Source: Gekko japonicus (Eukaryota). Taken from it: DNA of 64,000 nucleotides. This document shows, one piece after another, positions 12,201 through 25,000 of this stretch (positions are counted from its first letter, which is position 1; each line of letters opens with the position of its first letter). Below the pieces are notes generated by a model. The model was given only the letters and a program-made list of their open reading frames with translations. It was not told the origin of the DNA and ran no database searches. The stretch is from contig NW_015172014.1 of NCBI RefSeq assembly GCF_001447785.1, positions 852,667 through 916,666 of the forward strand, in the 5' to 3' direction. The position numbers and the translations under genes were made by a program.

Positions 12201-13565
12201 TCTTTAGCCTCCGGTTGACACATTTTTGTCTTGGCTCAGGAAGGAGGACTCCAGAGCAAACTAATGTATGCAGTAGCCGAATCACTCGCTCACCACTTTC
12301 ATGCCGGTCGCTCACAAGGTAGAATTTCTGCTCCACAGCTTAGAGGGAGCATTGCTGGCAGGGGGAGGGGGATGATAGAGAGAGCCCCTGGGGACACTCA
12401 GCCCCCGGACAGCCGCTGGGCAGAGTCAGTGCCGAGGTCTTGCCGCAGTCTTCCCGACAGCCCTGTGGGGGAGGCCGGCGGCCCGCTCCCCGTGCTCCAG
12501 AGAGGCTGTCGTCGTCGAAAGGCTGCAGGGCCCCCCTCAGTGGATTGGTGACTGACATCGGAACGGGCCCACCCCAGCCGGGCTCAGTCTCTGCTCCGTT
12601 CTCTCCAGCGCCACACACATCCTCCACCTCCCCCTGCCCCAACTTTGAGCTGCAATTAGAAACTGCCCTGGTTAACGAGGCCTCCCCAGGGAGAATTCCC
12701 TGACCCCAATCCAGAAGGGAACTCGGCTCTGAGCAGTACCCTCTCCTCCTTTCCTCCTCCTCCGCCGCCTTCTCTCCGTAAATCCTTCCAGGGAGGCCCT
12801 TCCGGTCTCCGCAAGCAGCCTTTTGCGACCTGCCCTGTGCCGGGTGCGGGAAGGACTGGAGAAGGTTCCAGCGAGCTCCGGAGGGGAGGGGAGGGGAGAG
12901 GTGTGGGTCCCCTGGGGTGCCCTCCACGCTCGGATTGAGGCATCCAAACTCTCTCCGTGTGAAAATTGATTTATTCCGTACGTGTCTCCTCTTGTCCTTC
13001 CTCCAATGCCCTCGGGATTCCTTCCCCTCCGTTCTACGGGAGGCCCAGCAGAGGGAGAGGAAGGCACCAGGCAGAGAGACGGAAGGAGCGAGCGAGTGGC
13101 CCAGCGTCACCTTGCGGGCGGAGATTCAAACCCGGACCGTTGCCCACCTCCCTCGGTCCCACTCTGGCCCTCCGGTCCTGGACAATCCACGGCAGTCTTG
13201 TTCCCAGTAGAAGGCCTCTGCGCCAAGAAGAGCACCGCCATGTTTTCTCTTGGGCCTCCGTGTCTTCTCTTTGGTCCCAGAAGCCCGACCCCCTCCGTGC
13301 CCTGGGCAGAGTGGCAGGAGAGGGCGGCTGGGTGACGGCCTGCCCTTGGCCCCTTGGGTGGCACGCGGCGGGGTGGGGGTGGGGGTGGGGGGAGACAGTG
13401 CAGAGGGAGCTGGAGAAACCCTTTGTCCTCTGCACAGAGAGGTGACCCCGGTCCGGCAGGAGGGCTGCGGAATGGTTGGCGGCAGAGGAGTTTCCCCCCC
13501 AGGAAGATGATGGCTGTCAGGGACAGCCAGGGTGGCCGAAGATGAGGCGCAGCACATTTGCTTGT

Positions 13566-13600
<35 letters not shown>

Positions 13601-16600
13601 GGGGGGGGGAGGAGGGAGGGATCCACAGATGAGACAGCAGATAGGGGAAAGGGGGGGGGGATGAACAGAGGACAGGAAAGTAGATGCAGGAGGACCAGCT
13701 GATGCTTGTCGGGGCTCAGCCCCAGAACCTGCCGTAAGAACCTCAGAAGAGCCCTGCGATAGGGTAAAGTGGGGGAGGATGAACAGAGGACAGGAAAGTA
13801 GGTGCAGGAGGACCAGCTGATGCTTCTTGGGGCTCAGCCCCAGAACCTGCCTTAAGAACCTCAGAAGAGCCCTGCTGGGTCAGGCCAGGGAGGGTCCATC
13901 CAGTCCAGCCTCCCGTCTCACACAGGGGCCAGCCAGTCCCTCTGGAGGGCCAGCAACAGGGCAGAGAGGCCGAGGCCTTCCCCTGAGAAGGACACCAGAA
14001 GCGCCCTGCGCTGGGCCAGACCAGGGAGGGTCCCTCCAGTCCAGCCTCCCGCCTCACNNNNNNNNNNNNNNNNNNNNNNNNNNNNNNNNNNNNNNNNNNN
14101 NNNNNNNNNNNNNNNNNNNNNNNNNNNNNNNNNNNNNNNNNNNNNNNNNNNNNNNNNNNNACCTCCGTGTCTCACACAGGGGCCAGCCAGTTCCTCTGGA
14201 GGGCCAGCAACTGGGCACAGAGGCCGAGGCCTTCCCCTGATAAGGACATCAGAAGGGCCCTGTTGGATCAGGCCAGTGGTCCATCTAGTCCCGCATCCTG
14301 TCTCACCCAGGGGCCAACCAGTTCCTCTGGAGGGCCAACAGCAGGGCACAGAAGACGAGGCCTTCCCCCGATGTTGCCTCTTGACTCTGGGAGGTTTAGT
14401 GCCTCTGAGTGTGGAGGTTCCCCATGGCTGTTAGCCACTGATAGACTTGTCCTCCATGAATCTATCTAGTCCTCTTTTAAAGTGGTTCATTCCTGTGGCC
14501 ATCATGACATCCTCTGGCAGCGAATTCCACATTTTAGCACGCTCTGTGTAAAGTACTATTGCCTTTCGTCTGCCCTGAACCTACTGCCCATCAGCAGCAT
14601 TGGATGCGCTTGAGTTCTAGTCTTTTGGGAGAGGGAGAAAATTTCTTTATGTCAACTCTCTCTCCAACCCATGCATAATTTTATAAACCTCTATCACATC
14701 CCTGCTTCAGAGAGAGCCAGTTTGGTGTAGAGGTTAAGAGTGCGGACTCTAATCTGGGAGAACCGGGTTTGGTTCCCCACGCCTCCACTTGCACCTGCTG
14801 GATGACCTTGGGCAAGCCATAGTTCCATCAGAGCTGTTCTCTCAGGAACCGTTTCTGTCAGAGCTCTCTCAGCCCCACCTACTTCACAGGGTGTCTGTTG
14901 TGGGGACGGGACGAGAAAGGAGTTTGTAAACCACTCTGAGACACCTTTGGGTAGTGAAGGGCGGGGTATAAACCCAATCTCTTCTTCTTTCCTAAACTGA
15001 AAAGTCCCAGACTCTTCAGCCTTTCCTCATGGGGAAGGGGGTCCAGCCCCCCTAATAATCTTGGTCACCCTCCTCTGTATTTTTCCCAGCTCTGCAATGT
15101 CCTTTTGGAGATACGGTGACCAGAACTGTACATTCAGGATACGGTGGCCAGAATGGTTGCATTCAAGCCCAGCAATTGAGAAGTGATAGGAAGGACAAGT
15201 GCCTCTGGGCATGGACAGAGTGTTTCCCCCCACAGCTACCCCCTTCCTGCAGCACATCTTCCAAGCCAGCTGCAGGGAGCAGGGGAGGGGTGCGCGGAAC
15301 GTGGAGGGGGGAGGTCAAGTGGGAGAGAGGCAGTGTTCCCTCTCCGCTGAGTGAGTGTGAGCTAGCTCACCGTTTTTTAGCCTCCGGCTCACACACTTTT
15401 GTCTGAGCTGAGGAAGGATGGCTCCAAGACTCCACAGCTTAGAGGGGGCATGGGAGAGGGGTGTCAGCTTTCTGGGACGTGGATGCCACTTTAGTATGTC
15501 TCACTGTGGGAGGGATTGTCTGGCCTGTGTCCAGGTGTCCCCCCGGTTTCTCCTAACGCCCACCCATCCTTCCCACTTCTCCCCATTCTGTGTTTAGCCT
15601 CTACTGTTTAAACCAATCAAGTCACCTTAACTCCTACCCAAAATCCAATGGGGTGGGGGAGGGAGGAACATGGGAACCAACCGAGATCTCTCCTCCCCTC
15701 CCTAACGTGGAGGATTCCCCCTCCTCCCCGGGTCCACTGTCGTGGGCCAACCATGGCTCCTGTGATGGAGAAGCACTCTGTGCGTCCTCAGGAGCACCCT
15801 GCACCCCTACTTTTCGACGGGTGGCGGCCTTAAGAACAGGCTTCGGGCCTTCTCCCCTTTTCTGATTCTGGCAGAAGCGCCTTTCAGGAGGGATCTTTTC
15901 TCCCCATGTGAACTGACATTTTTAAAGAGATCTTTTTAATGCCAATTAAATGGGGTTTTTGTGGGAAATTTGGCAGAAGGTGACGAGCCTCTTGAAGGGA
16001 GGGGCGCTTCTCTGGGACATTTTGCTCTCATTAACATGATAGTTTATTTGGCTCCTGTCACCTCACGATTCTGGGACGCGAACCCAGTTGTCCTGGAGAG
16101 AGAGACCCCCCCCCCCCCCCCGTTCCCCCCCCTTCTCTTCTTTTGGAGAAAAGGGGGGGATTTTTCAATAGGTGCAAACGTTGTGGTAGCAAACGTGCTC
16201 CTCCCGACCGTCATACCCTCTGCATTTTTTGCCTTGGAGAGTCTCACAAGCCAGAGTCCTGTCGTCANNNNNNNNNNNNNNNNNNNNNNNNNNNNNNNNN
16301 NNNNNNNNNNNNNNNNNNNNNNNNNNNNNNNNNNNNNNNNNNNNNNNNNNNNNNNNNNNNNNNNNNNNNNNNNNNNNNNNNNNNNNNNNNNNNNNNNNNN
16401 NNNNNNNNNNNNNNNNNNNNNNNNNNNNNNNNNNNNNNNNNNNNNNNNNNNNNNNNNNNNNNNNNNNNNNNNNNNNNNNNNNNNNNNNNNNNNNNNNNNN
16501 NNNNNNNNNNNNNNNNNNNNNNNNNNNNNNNNNNNNNNNNNNNNNNNNNNNNNNNNNNNNNNNNNNNNNNNNNNNNNNNNNGGTGAGAGGGCCCCCCCCC

Positions 16601-19600
16601 CCCCCCAGTTCCCAGCCCGTTTCAGAACCACCTGCCTGGAATCGGGCATAGTGCAGTGCCACCTTGTGGCGTGCACCTCTTACTGCACCCCAAATGTTGG
16701 GGGGGGGGAAGAGTGGGGTTCCAATGTGGGGCCAGGCGCTGGCCCATAGCTAACATGGGGCCCATGGGGCCCGCCCCCCTAGTGTTTCTTCTGGGCCCCC
16801 TCCCTCCTGGGCTGCCCCCAAAGTGCTCCAACTTACCACCTGCACTGTACTTCCATTTAATTAGCTGGTGGGCCCCACGAGGCCCCCTCCCAAAGAATTC
16901 CCTAGCTACGGGGCTGGGCCAGGGTCTCCTTTCGTACGCAGTTTTGCCTATCGAATCTCAAGCCTAGGGAGAGAGAAGGGCTTAGAATGACAACTGACTT
17001 CGAGAATGGGTTAAACATCTGGATACACTCATACTTCTTTACACGACGATGGATTAAAATGTGGAATTCTGTGCCCGAGGATGTCGTGATGGCCACAGGC
17101 AAAGAGGAGTAGACAGATTCAGGGAGGAGAGGTCCATCAGTGGCTACTAGCCAGGGTGACTACAGGGAACCTCCACATCCAGAGGCAGTCAGTCGCTGAA
17201 TCCCAGAGCCAGGAGGCAACGTCAGGGGAAGGACTCCCCCTGCCCTGCTGCTGGCCCTCCGGAGGAACTGGTTGGCCACTGTGGGAGATGGGAGGCTGGA
17301 CTGGAGGGACCCTCCCTGGTCTGATCCAGCAGGACTCTTCTGGTGTCCTTATCAGGGGAAGGCCTAGGCCTCTCTGCCCTGTTGTTGGCTCTCCAGAGGG
17401 ACTGGCTGGCCCCTGTGTGAGACGGGAGGGTGGATTTAGAGGGACCCTCCCTGGTCTGACCCAGCTGGGCTCTTCGGAGGTTCTGGTCAGGGGGAGGCCT
17501 AGGCCCCTCGACCCTGCTGTTGGCCCTCCAGAGGGACTGGCTGGCCCCTGTGTGAGACGGGAAGCTGGACTGGAGGGACCCTCCCTGGTCTGATCCGGCA
17601 GGGCTCTTCTGAGGTTCCTTATCAGGGGAAGGCCTCGGCCTCTCTGCCCTGTTGCTGGCCCTCCAGGGGGACTGGCTGGCCCCTGTGTGAGACGGGAAGC
17701 TGGACTGGAGGGACCCTCCCTGGTCGGATCCAGCAGGGCTCTTCGGATGTTATGTTCTCTCTGATTCTTCAGCATTTCCTCCCTCTCTCTTCTGCACTTC
17801 CATTTGTTTTTGCTGTTGCTGTATGTTGCTGTCAAATTACAGGTGAGTTTTGGCCACCCGGTGGAGTGTTCAAGGCAAGAGAGGAGCCGCGGTGGTGGTT
17901 TGCCATTGCAGGCTTCCGCGTAGAGACCCTAGACTTCCTGGGTGGCCTCCCATTCAAATGCTGGCCAGGGCCACCCCTGCTTAGGTTATGAGATCCGACA
18001 GGTCAAGGCAGGTTCTTATACACAACATGCGTCCTGGGCCACAGTGGCTCAGAGGTTGCTGAACTGCAGACCGGAAGGTCTGTAGTTCGGCAGTTCAGGA
18101 CCCGAGTGCCGCGTGACGGAGTGAGCTCCCGTCTCTGGCCCCAGCTCCTGCCAGCCTAGCAGTTGGAAAGCAAGAAATTGCAGGTAGATAAATAGGTACC
18201 GCTTCGGTGGGAAGGGAACGGCGCTCCGTGCGCCTCGGCGTTTAGTCATGCCAGCTGCATGACCACAGAAATGTCTTCGGACAGCGCTGGCTCTTCGGTT
18301 TGGAAACGGAGATGAGCACTGCCCCGTAGAGTCGGATTCGACTGGCTTTCGAGCAAGGGAAACCTTTACCTAAAAATGCATCCTGCTTTACAGACTAAGG
18401 AAAGACCCCACTACCTGCCCCCCCGCTATATCTCCCACTGAGGAAAACGTACAGCCTGCCTGTGTCTCCTGATGGGGCAGATCGCAGCCCCCGGGGGGCG
18501 TTTGAGATGGACAGGATAGCATAGAGGGAGGATTAGATCCCGCACCTCTACCCTGCGGCCCCAGTCCAAATTGGAGAGCCCCTCCCCCTTCAAAAAAGCT
18601 GTCTGCGAGTAGTGTTCCCTCTAAGCTGAGTGAGTGTGAGCTAGCTCAGTTTTTCAGCCTCCGGCTCACACATTTTTGCCTTAGCTCGGGAAGGATGGGG
18701 CTCCAGAGCAAACTAAGTTATGCAGCAGCGAAATCGCCCGCTCACAACTTTAATGACAGGAGCTCACAAAGTAGGATTTTTGCTCACAAGACTCCACAGC
18801 TTAGAGGGAGCATTGTTTCAGAGATGCATCTGGAGTTCTGCTGGTGTCTCTTCCTTGCCTCCCCTCCCCCTGCATGCCCCATGAAACCCACCTTTTGCAG
18901 TTCTGGAACGGGGGACTCTAGGGGCACGGTCAAGCCTCAGATCTGCTGCATTAAGGCCAGGGGGAGGTTAACCCCCTTCTCTTCCCTCACCCCACTCCAG
19001 GCTCACTTCACCGCTGAGTGCCGTTTCAAGGAGTGTGTCTTTGAAAACTATTATGTGATGTATTCTTCCACCCTGTACCGGCAGCGGGAATCAGGACGGT
19101 CATGGTATTTGGGCATCAACAAAGACGGGCAGGTGATGAAGGGAAACCGAGTCAAGAAGACCAAAGCCGCCGCCCACTTCCTCCCCAAACTGCTGGAAGG
19201 TGAGCATCGGGGAAGTCTCTTGGGCCCTGGTCCCCGGGATTCAAAGTGTACCCCCCCTGCACAGTTCCTCATGTGCAGGTGCTCTCTGGCGGAGCCATTG
19301 TTCTGCAAGCAGCCTCTTGCACAGCTCATGTTGCCTTTCTCCTGGCCCTTCTTAACACGGTCGTGTGTACTCTTACACGGCAACTCTCGTGTGTTATACA
19401 AATAGATTCCCAGTCAAAAAAAAGAAGTCAAAATGAGGAGGAAGGTTCATAGTGTTTGTTCCCTCTAAGCTGTGGAGTCTTGTGAGCAAAAATTCTACTT
19501 TGTGAGCGACTGGCATGAAAGTTGTGAGTGAGCCATTTGGCTACTGCATAAATTAGTTTGCTCTGGAGCCCCATCCTTCCTGAGCTAAGGCAAAAATGTC

Positions 19601-20554
19601 TGAGCCGGGGCTAAAAAAACTGTGAGCTGGCTCACACTAACTCAGCTTAGAGGGAACACTATCAAGACACCTGAAAACAGTTAGGCCAAAACAGCCTTTC
19701 AAAAATTGACTGCTTTCTGAACACAGTCAGGAAGTACATGAAATTTTACACTTGAAATGACATAGTCATGAAGATAACATTCAAAAAGCATATTTGGTTA
19801 CAGAGGACAGTGCATCATTTGAGTAATGGTCCACTCATTGGTCAAATATAGAGGAAGGCGTGCCTACGTGATACCTTAAAATGTTTTATTTGACCTAACC
19901 TGAATAGTATTAGCCAAGGATTCTTCATACCCAAACAAAGGTGTTTTTCTCTGATATGAAGCTAAAATCTCTATTTTGACCCAGACACTGAAAAGTTGTA
20001 CCCTAAACAACTAAAAAAGCATGAACTCTATACTTCTCTTCCATACCAAAAGAATTTTGTTTTCTTGTCTGATACCATCAGGTAGAAAAATGCTCTAACC
20101 TACAAGGGAAAGGCCTATTATTTCATCACATCCTAATAAAATCTTACTTATGAGAACAATCTAGAAAACCAGAGAAATATGAATCATCTGAACGAAAAAT
20201 CCTTATATTATCATTCATACTACATGTGCGACGGCTCCTGCCCTGTTTTCACACTGGCCTTCTGGAAAATGTGGGAGACCCAGGAAACATCATTTCTGTG
20301 CAGTTAACACAAGATGGTGTCCTGGTTGGATTGGGCCCGTAGGCTAGGATTGCCACTGGGGGGGGGGTTTTAGGGCCCCCGATCCCTGTCCCGTTCTCAT
20401 TTCCTCCTCTTCCTTCTTTCCTTCCTGCACAGTGGCTTTGTATCGTGAGCCGTCGCTGCACAACGTCGTTGAGTCAGTCCTGTCCAAGAAAGCAGAGGAG
20501 GAAGATACGGCTGCTCCCCCCATCAAAGAGATATCCAAGGCTGAAGCCACGTAG
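9300..20554 (+). CDS. FGF11: Fibroblast growth factor 11 (FHF3, intracellular FGF), exons 2-5; 5'-partial
   Basis: Exons join(9300..9410,10583..10686,19001..19199,20433..20554), all GT-AG and phase-consistent (111/104/199 bp, as in FHF genes). Translation: [152 protein letters not shown]...[16 protein letters not shown] and [15 protein letters not shown] are FGF11-type, and adjacency to CHRNB1 matches human. Confidence 0.95.
10857..11510 (-). mobile_element. CpG-rich non-autonomous retroelement with L2-type (TAAA)n tail, nested in a family A MITE
   Basis: The MITE halves at 10730-10856 and 11511-11593 are contiguous once this stretch is removed. The left end TTTATTTATTTT..TATCCCGCCC..GGGCGGCTTACA is an L2-like tail in reverse. 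Confidence 0.55.
13659..13877. repeat. 118-bp tandem duplication
   Basis: GGATGAACAGAGGACAGGAAAGTAG...AAGAACCTCAGAAGAGCCCTGC occurs at 13659 and 13777. Confidence 0.8.
13850..15135 (-). mobile_element. CR1 fragment with tandemly multiplied 3' UTR, interrupted by a SINE (14712-14990)
   Basis: ORF 15027..15257(-) contains [28 protein letters not shown] (CR1 RT C-terminus); repeated ~130-bp tail units at 13850-14370. Confidence 0.8.
16100..16267 (+). mobile_element. DIRS-like retrotransposon ORF1 (gag, LAP2alpha-type zinc finger) fragment, cut by a gap
   Basis: [39 protein letters not shown] has the CxxC..D.H..C..CLG..H....C pattern of DIRS ORF1 N-termini. Confidence 0.65.
17033..17760 (+). 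mobile_element. CR1 3' end followed by a tandem array of ~4 tail units (~130-140 bp)
   Basis: TACTTCTTTACACGACGATGGATTAAAATGTGGAATTCTGTGCC.. then repeated GGCCCCTGTGTGAGACGGGA..GAGGGACCCTCCCTGGTC..GGCTCTTC units, ending ATGTTATGT. Confidence 0.85.
18035..18372 (+). mobile_element. Sauria SINE (Squam1)
   Basis: tRNA-like head, GATAAATAGGTACC core, ACCTTTACC tail. Confidence 0.85.
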
Positions 20555-22061
20555 CCCTGAGGATGGGGGGTGCGTCCTCTTCCTCCGCCCCCCCTCCTCT
20601 CCTCTCGTGTGCATCCCAGGCACACACACCCCCCCACCAAAAAAAAAAGCCAGCCACTGTCTGAACAAATCCCGTCACATTTCCTCTTTTATTTCTCAGG
20701 ATGTGCCCCCCCCTCCCCAACTTTTCTCTCTTGCGTGCAACTACTGGGACTTTTAAGACACTCTGCCAGGATGGGAAGGATCACAGACTACAGACTTTTC
20801 TTCTCTGTGGATGAGAAGAAACGACAGAAAGAGAGAGTCTTCCATTTCAAGCCATAGGTGCAATATGGCCTCCAGCCTCCAGGGGGCAGCAGCCTCGTGA
20901 TGCTGTGCAGGGACAGCAGATGCCTCTGTCATCCAAACTGTGATAAATCCACTGCAGGCTTTCTGGCCAGTGTAAGGCAGAAGTTGTTGCATCTGTCAGG
21001 GATAACATAGCAAAACGATCTATTCCGTCTTCCATGCAAGCCAATCGTTGCAATACGGTGCTTCCCTTCTGATGACTCAAGTTCTAATTCCACTCCAGGA
21101 GAAAGCAGGCTGGGAAGAGGAAAAGGTGCGGGAAGCAACATCCTGTATCTCCTTCCACAGGGGGGGAAAGAACTTCCATTTCACAACTGATTTTTTAAAA
21201 GTAACCTGCTATTCTGTTTTCAGTCACTAGGTGGTGACATTGTCCTGTTGGGGATTTGCACGAGAGGAAAAAAGATTTAGTCGCTGACTTTTTTTGATCT
21301 GTGGACAGCGGCAGCAGTTAACGGTATGAGACTCCTTGGGGAAAGGGGCAACAGACCCAGTATTGGTTTTACTAGCTCAGGCATCGGAGGTTGTCCTCTC
21401 CTCTTGGTCATCTCAGGACCCGAAGGGAGGGTATGGCCTTCCCAAAACTGTAATCACTTAATGTTCTGGTGGAGCAATTTTTAAAACTGGAATCTTTTTT
21501 CCTTCACCCATGGGATGTNNNNNNNNNNNNNNNNNNNNNNNNNNNNNNNNNNNNNNNNNNNNNNNNNNNNNNNNNNACCATCGTGTTATAAGTGAACGCC
21601 TTTTATGCTGGATTATGCCCTCTCCGGTGAGACTGCACTCCGGTTTTCAGCCACTGGGAGCCAACAATTTGCTATCGGGAAGGAAGACGTTTCATAGGAA
21701 CAGCAGAGTGTGCTGGGAAAACAGTGCCCTACAAAATGGAATCATACCCCTTTTGGCCACTGGATGGCGACATTGCATTCATGGGGAGAGACAACTTCCT
21801 AAAATGGGCCGCTTCCACTGAACAAACCCATAGAACTGCAGTACCCTTATTTGGCCACTGAGTGGCAACACTGGAGTCGCAGGGCATCTTCCATGTGCAT
21901 GTCGCAACGATCCCCCTGGTGTGTGGGGCTCTGGGGGGGGGGAACAATAGCCAATAACTCGGGGGAGGGTGCATGCCATAAAACTCTGCGCCCATCCCCC
22001 ACCCCACCCCCCACACATCCCAGTATGCCCAGCTACCAATCTGTATAGTATTTCTACAGGC

Positions 22062-22067
22062 AATAAA
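22062..22067 (+). terminator. Candidate FGF11 polyadenylation signal (AATAAA)
   Basis: First AATAAA I found downstream of the FGF11 stop, about 1.5 kb after it; a gap at 21519-21576 lies in between. Confidence 0.4.
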
Positions 22068-25000
22068 TTTAACAGGGTGAGGGTGGGAGGGGAAGCCGAT
22101 GCGAAACTGGACTTGGGAGGGACATCGTCTCAATGCTGGTGGGGGTGGGGGGGTGAGGGTGAGGGGTCAGGGAAGCCTCCAGGGAGACCACAGAAACTCC
22201 GGAGGAGGGAGACTGGGAAGAGACCTTTTCTCCTCTTGTATTGCCTCCTGTGGCTACCAGAAACAGAACCTGGGGGGGTCCCTGGTACGCAGCCCCCTTC
22301 ACACTACACGCCCCCCCTTCCGTTGTGAGACTCATGCGTAGACCACACCCTAGCGCTGCGTTCCAGCCCCATCTCTTGCCTCTGCTAGGAATCCTGGCCT
22401 CCTCCAGCAGGGATGAACGGGCCATTGAACTCGGAGGGGATTCCCCAGTCGGCTGGGAGCCAGCAGAGGCAGCAGCTGTGAGCCATGGTAACCGGGTGGG
22501 GTCAGCTGACCCATTGACACACACCCCACCCGCATGGCTGCCAGTTTGCGGGAGGAAGCCATGGGTGGGCCCTCTGCACTTGGCTTCCCCAAGGGCCATT
22601 TCCCGGGTGCGCTCTGGCCTCCAGCAAGCCCAAGGCCCACCTCTGGAGAGCCCACGCATCCTGGCTGCCATCTTTCCCCGTCTCCTTGTGCACACGTGCC
22701 CCCCACCCGCATCACCCCTAGGCTCCACCCCAAAGAAACCTCGGGAGTCCTAGTTCAGGGTTCCGCAACGTGGTGCCCACAGGTGCCTGCCACTGACTTC
22801 CCTTCGCGCCTGCCGAGCTTTTCAGAAAGCGGGTGGGACGGGCCTTGTTATTGGCTTTCCTTATTCAAATGAACGGGTTTTCCGGCAGCGGGTGAGGAGG
22901 AGGGCTGGTGAGCACATGGGCTTTCCTTCGTCATCGTGTGGTTCCATTCTCCCCTTCAGGATTTCCTTCTTCCGAGGAGGCGTGAGGAGGGAAACACTGT
23001 TTGGCTCCACCTCCAGAGGCAGCCATTTTGGGGTGATGCTCGCCACCACCCCCAAGGTGTTTGTGGCTTCAAAAAGGCTGGGGACCCCTGCCCCAGTTAG
23101 CACCCTCCTTCTCCCGGAGGGCGCAGCAAGGAGAAGCAGAAAGCTACACCCGGCCACCCTGAAATCGCTCTCCTTCGGCCTGGGCGCCAGATTACCTCAT
23201 TTACTGAGCCGGGTCCAGATGGAAAGAGCCTGCGCTGAGCAGGGAAGGAAGGGAGAGGCCGGCCACCGAGTGGGCCATCGTGGGCACGGTCTACCTATCT
23301 CAGCCTCCTCTTGGCAAGATGGCGCCGGCAAGGGCCAGAGCTGACCCCTGGGGCAACAGTGCCACCCCCTCCTTCCGTTCAAAGTCCAGCAAATCACCCC
23401 GTTTTCCCTTGTCCAATGGTCACAGGGTTCACGTGAACTCAGGAATTCTACGAGGTCTCTGCTGAGGTGAAGCAACAGTGTCAGTCGGGTTGGGAAATTC
23501 CTGGAGATTTGGGGGTGGGGTTTGGGGAGGGGAGGGGCCTCAGCAAGGTGCAGTGCAAGAGTCCACTCTGCAAAGAAGCCATTTCCTCCAAAGGAGCTGT
23601 TCTCTTGTCATCTGAAGATCAGTTGTTGTAACTCCAACAGATATCCAGGCCCCACCTGGCGGTTGGCAACCCTAGCACTGTTGGGGCAGGTTTTGTTGTT
23701 GTTTTTGCAAGGTGCAACCTGGGGTCCCAACGTGCATGGAACAGGCCAGCCAACGGGGGGGGATGCAGGGGTGCGACCGGCTCCCTCTCTGGAAGATGCA
23801 CACACTCACCACCCTGCCTGCCCTCTGCAAAGTGGCAAACGTCGGCATTTGAACTGCGGTGGCGTGACCCTTCCTTGGCTCAGGAATGACCTCCCGGTCC
23901 TGATCGTTTCCGAGGAGGACCTCCTGAGCCAGGAACTGCCCCAGTCACCCGTTTTGGTCAATGAAGTCACGGGACCCCGTTCTGATTCTGGGGCGTGCCA
24001 CAATTAACATGTTACAGCCATGTGAGCCCACGTTACTGGCATGCATCGCCACTCCGCTAGCCCAATCCTGGATGCCAAAACTCAGGTGTGGAAGCTGGAG
24101 AAGCTGGGAGAGTGGTTTTCAAAAGTATGCTTGAAGCTGAGCCACAATCGTTCAAGTTGGTGAACTCAAACCGAGGTAAACAGCGGTGTGGTTGGGCACT
24201 GCCTGTCTCTGTGCAGAAGCCCTGGGCTTCCTGGCTAGTCTCTCCTCCAAGTCCTCACCAGGACCAGCCCTCCTTCGCTTCCAGATCGGGGTGCAGCTAA
24301 ACTGGTGAAAAGGGCAGTCAGGTTGCAGCCGACTCGCGCCGACCCCTCAAGGGGTTTTCAAGGCAAGAAGTCTTCAGAGGTGGTTTGCCACGGCCTGCCT
24401 CTTCGTAGCTGCTCCGGAACTTCCTTGGTGGGCTCCCATCCAAGTATGAACCAGGGCGGGGCTTCGCTCCCGATATCTGACACAATCAGGCCGGCCTGAG
24501 CCGTTCAAGTCAGGGTAGGATTCGAATCGGGTCCTTCCAAACACTGTTCTGGCCAGATTTTGACAACGGGTGATGTTCCGGTGGAAAGGGTTTTTAATCC
24601 TGAAACTTCATCACCGTTGGCAACAGAGCCCCGGGCATCTCCTGTCTCGGGACACCACAAATGTGGACCACAAACAAAGGATCCGTCGCCTTCCCCATCT
24701 GAATCTGAACTAATTACTTGAACCCCACCCTCAAGGTTTATCCGTGGCATCTCTGGTATTTACTAGCCCAATCTTGACCCCCGTGAACTCTGCCGGCATA
24801 GGGCAGGGTGTGTGTGTGTGTGTGCCTATTCCAATTGCACGAAAGCAGCTGGTGGGAAAGGTGGGCTCAAAAGCTAACCTCGTCTCCCCCTTTTTATGTA
24901 CTTACAAAAGGCTGTGTATTCTCTCTTACTCTGTATATCTCCCTCCTCGATGCCTCAGCCCAGGATCTCTTGAGAGGGGGGGGCACATCAGCTCTGGCCC

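Noticed and set aside
19660-20220. AT-rich block in FGF11 intron 4
   Set aside because: No ORF or structure; probably an old LINE fragment that I cannot classify.
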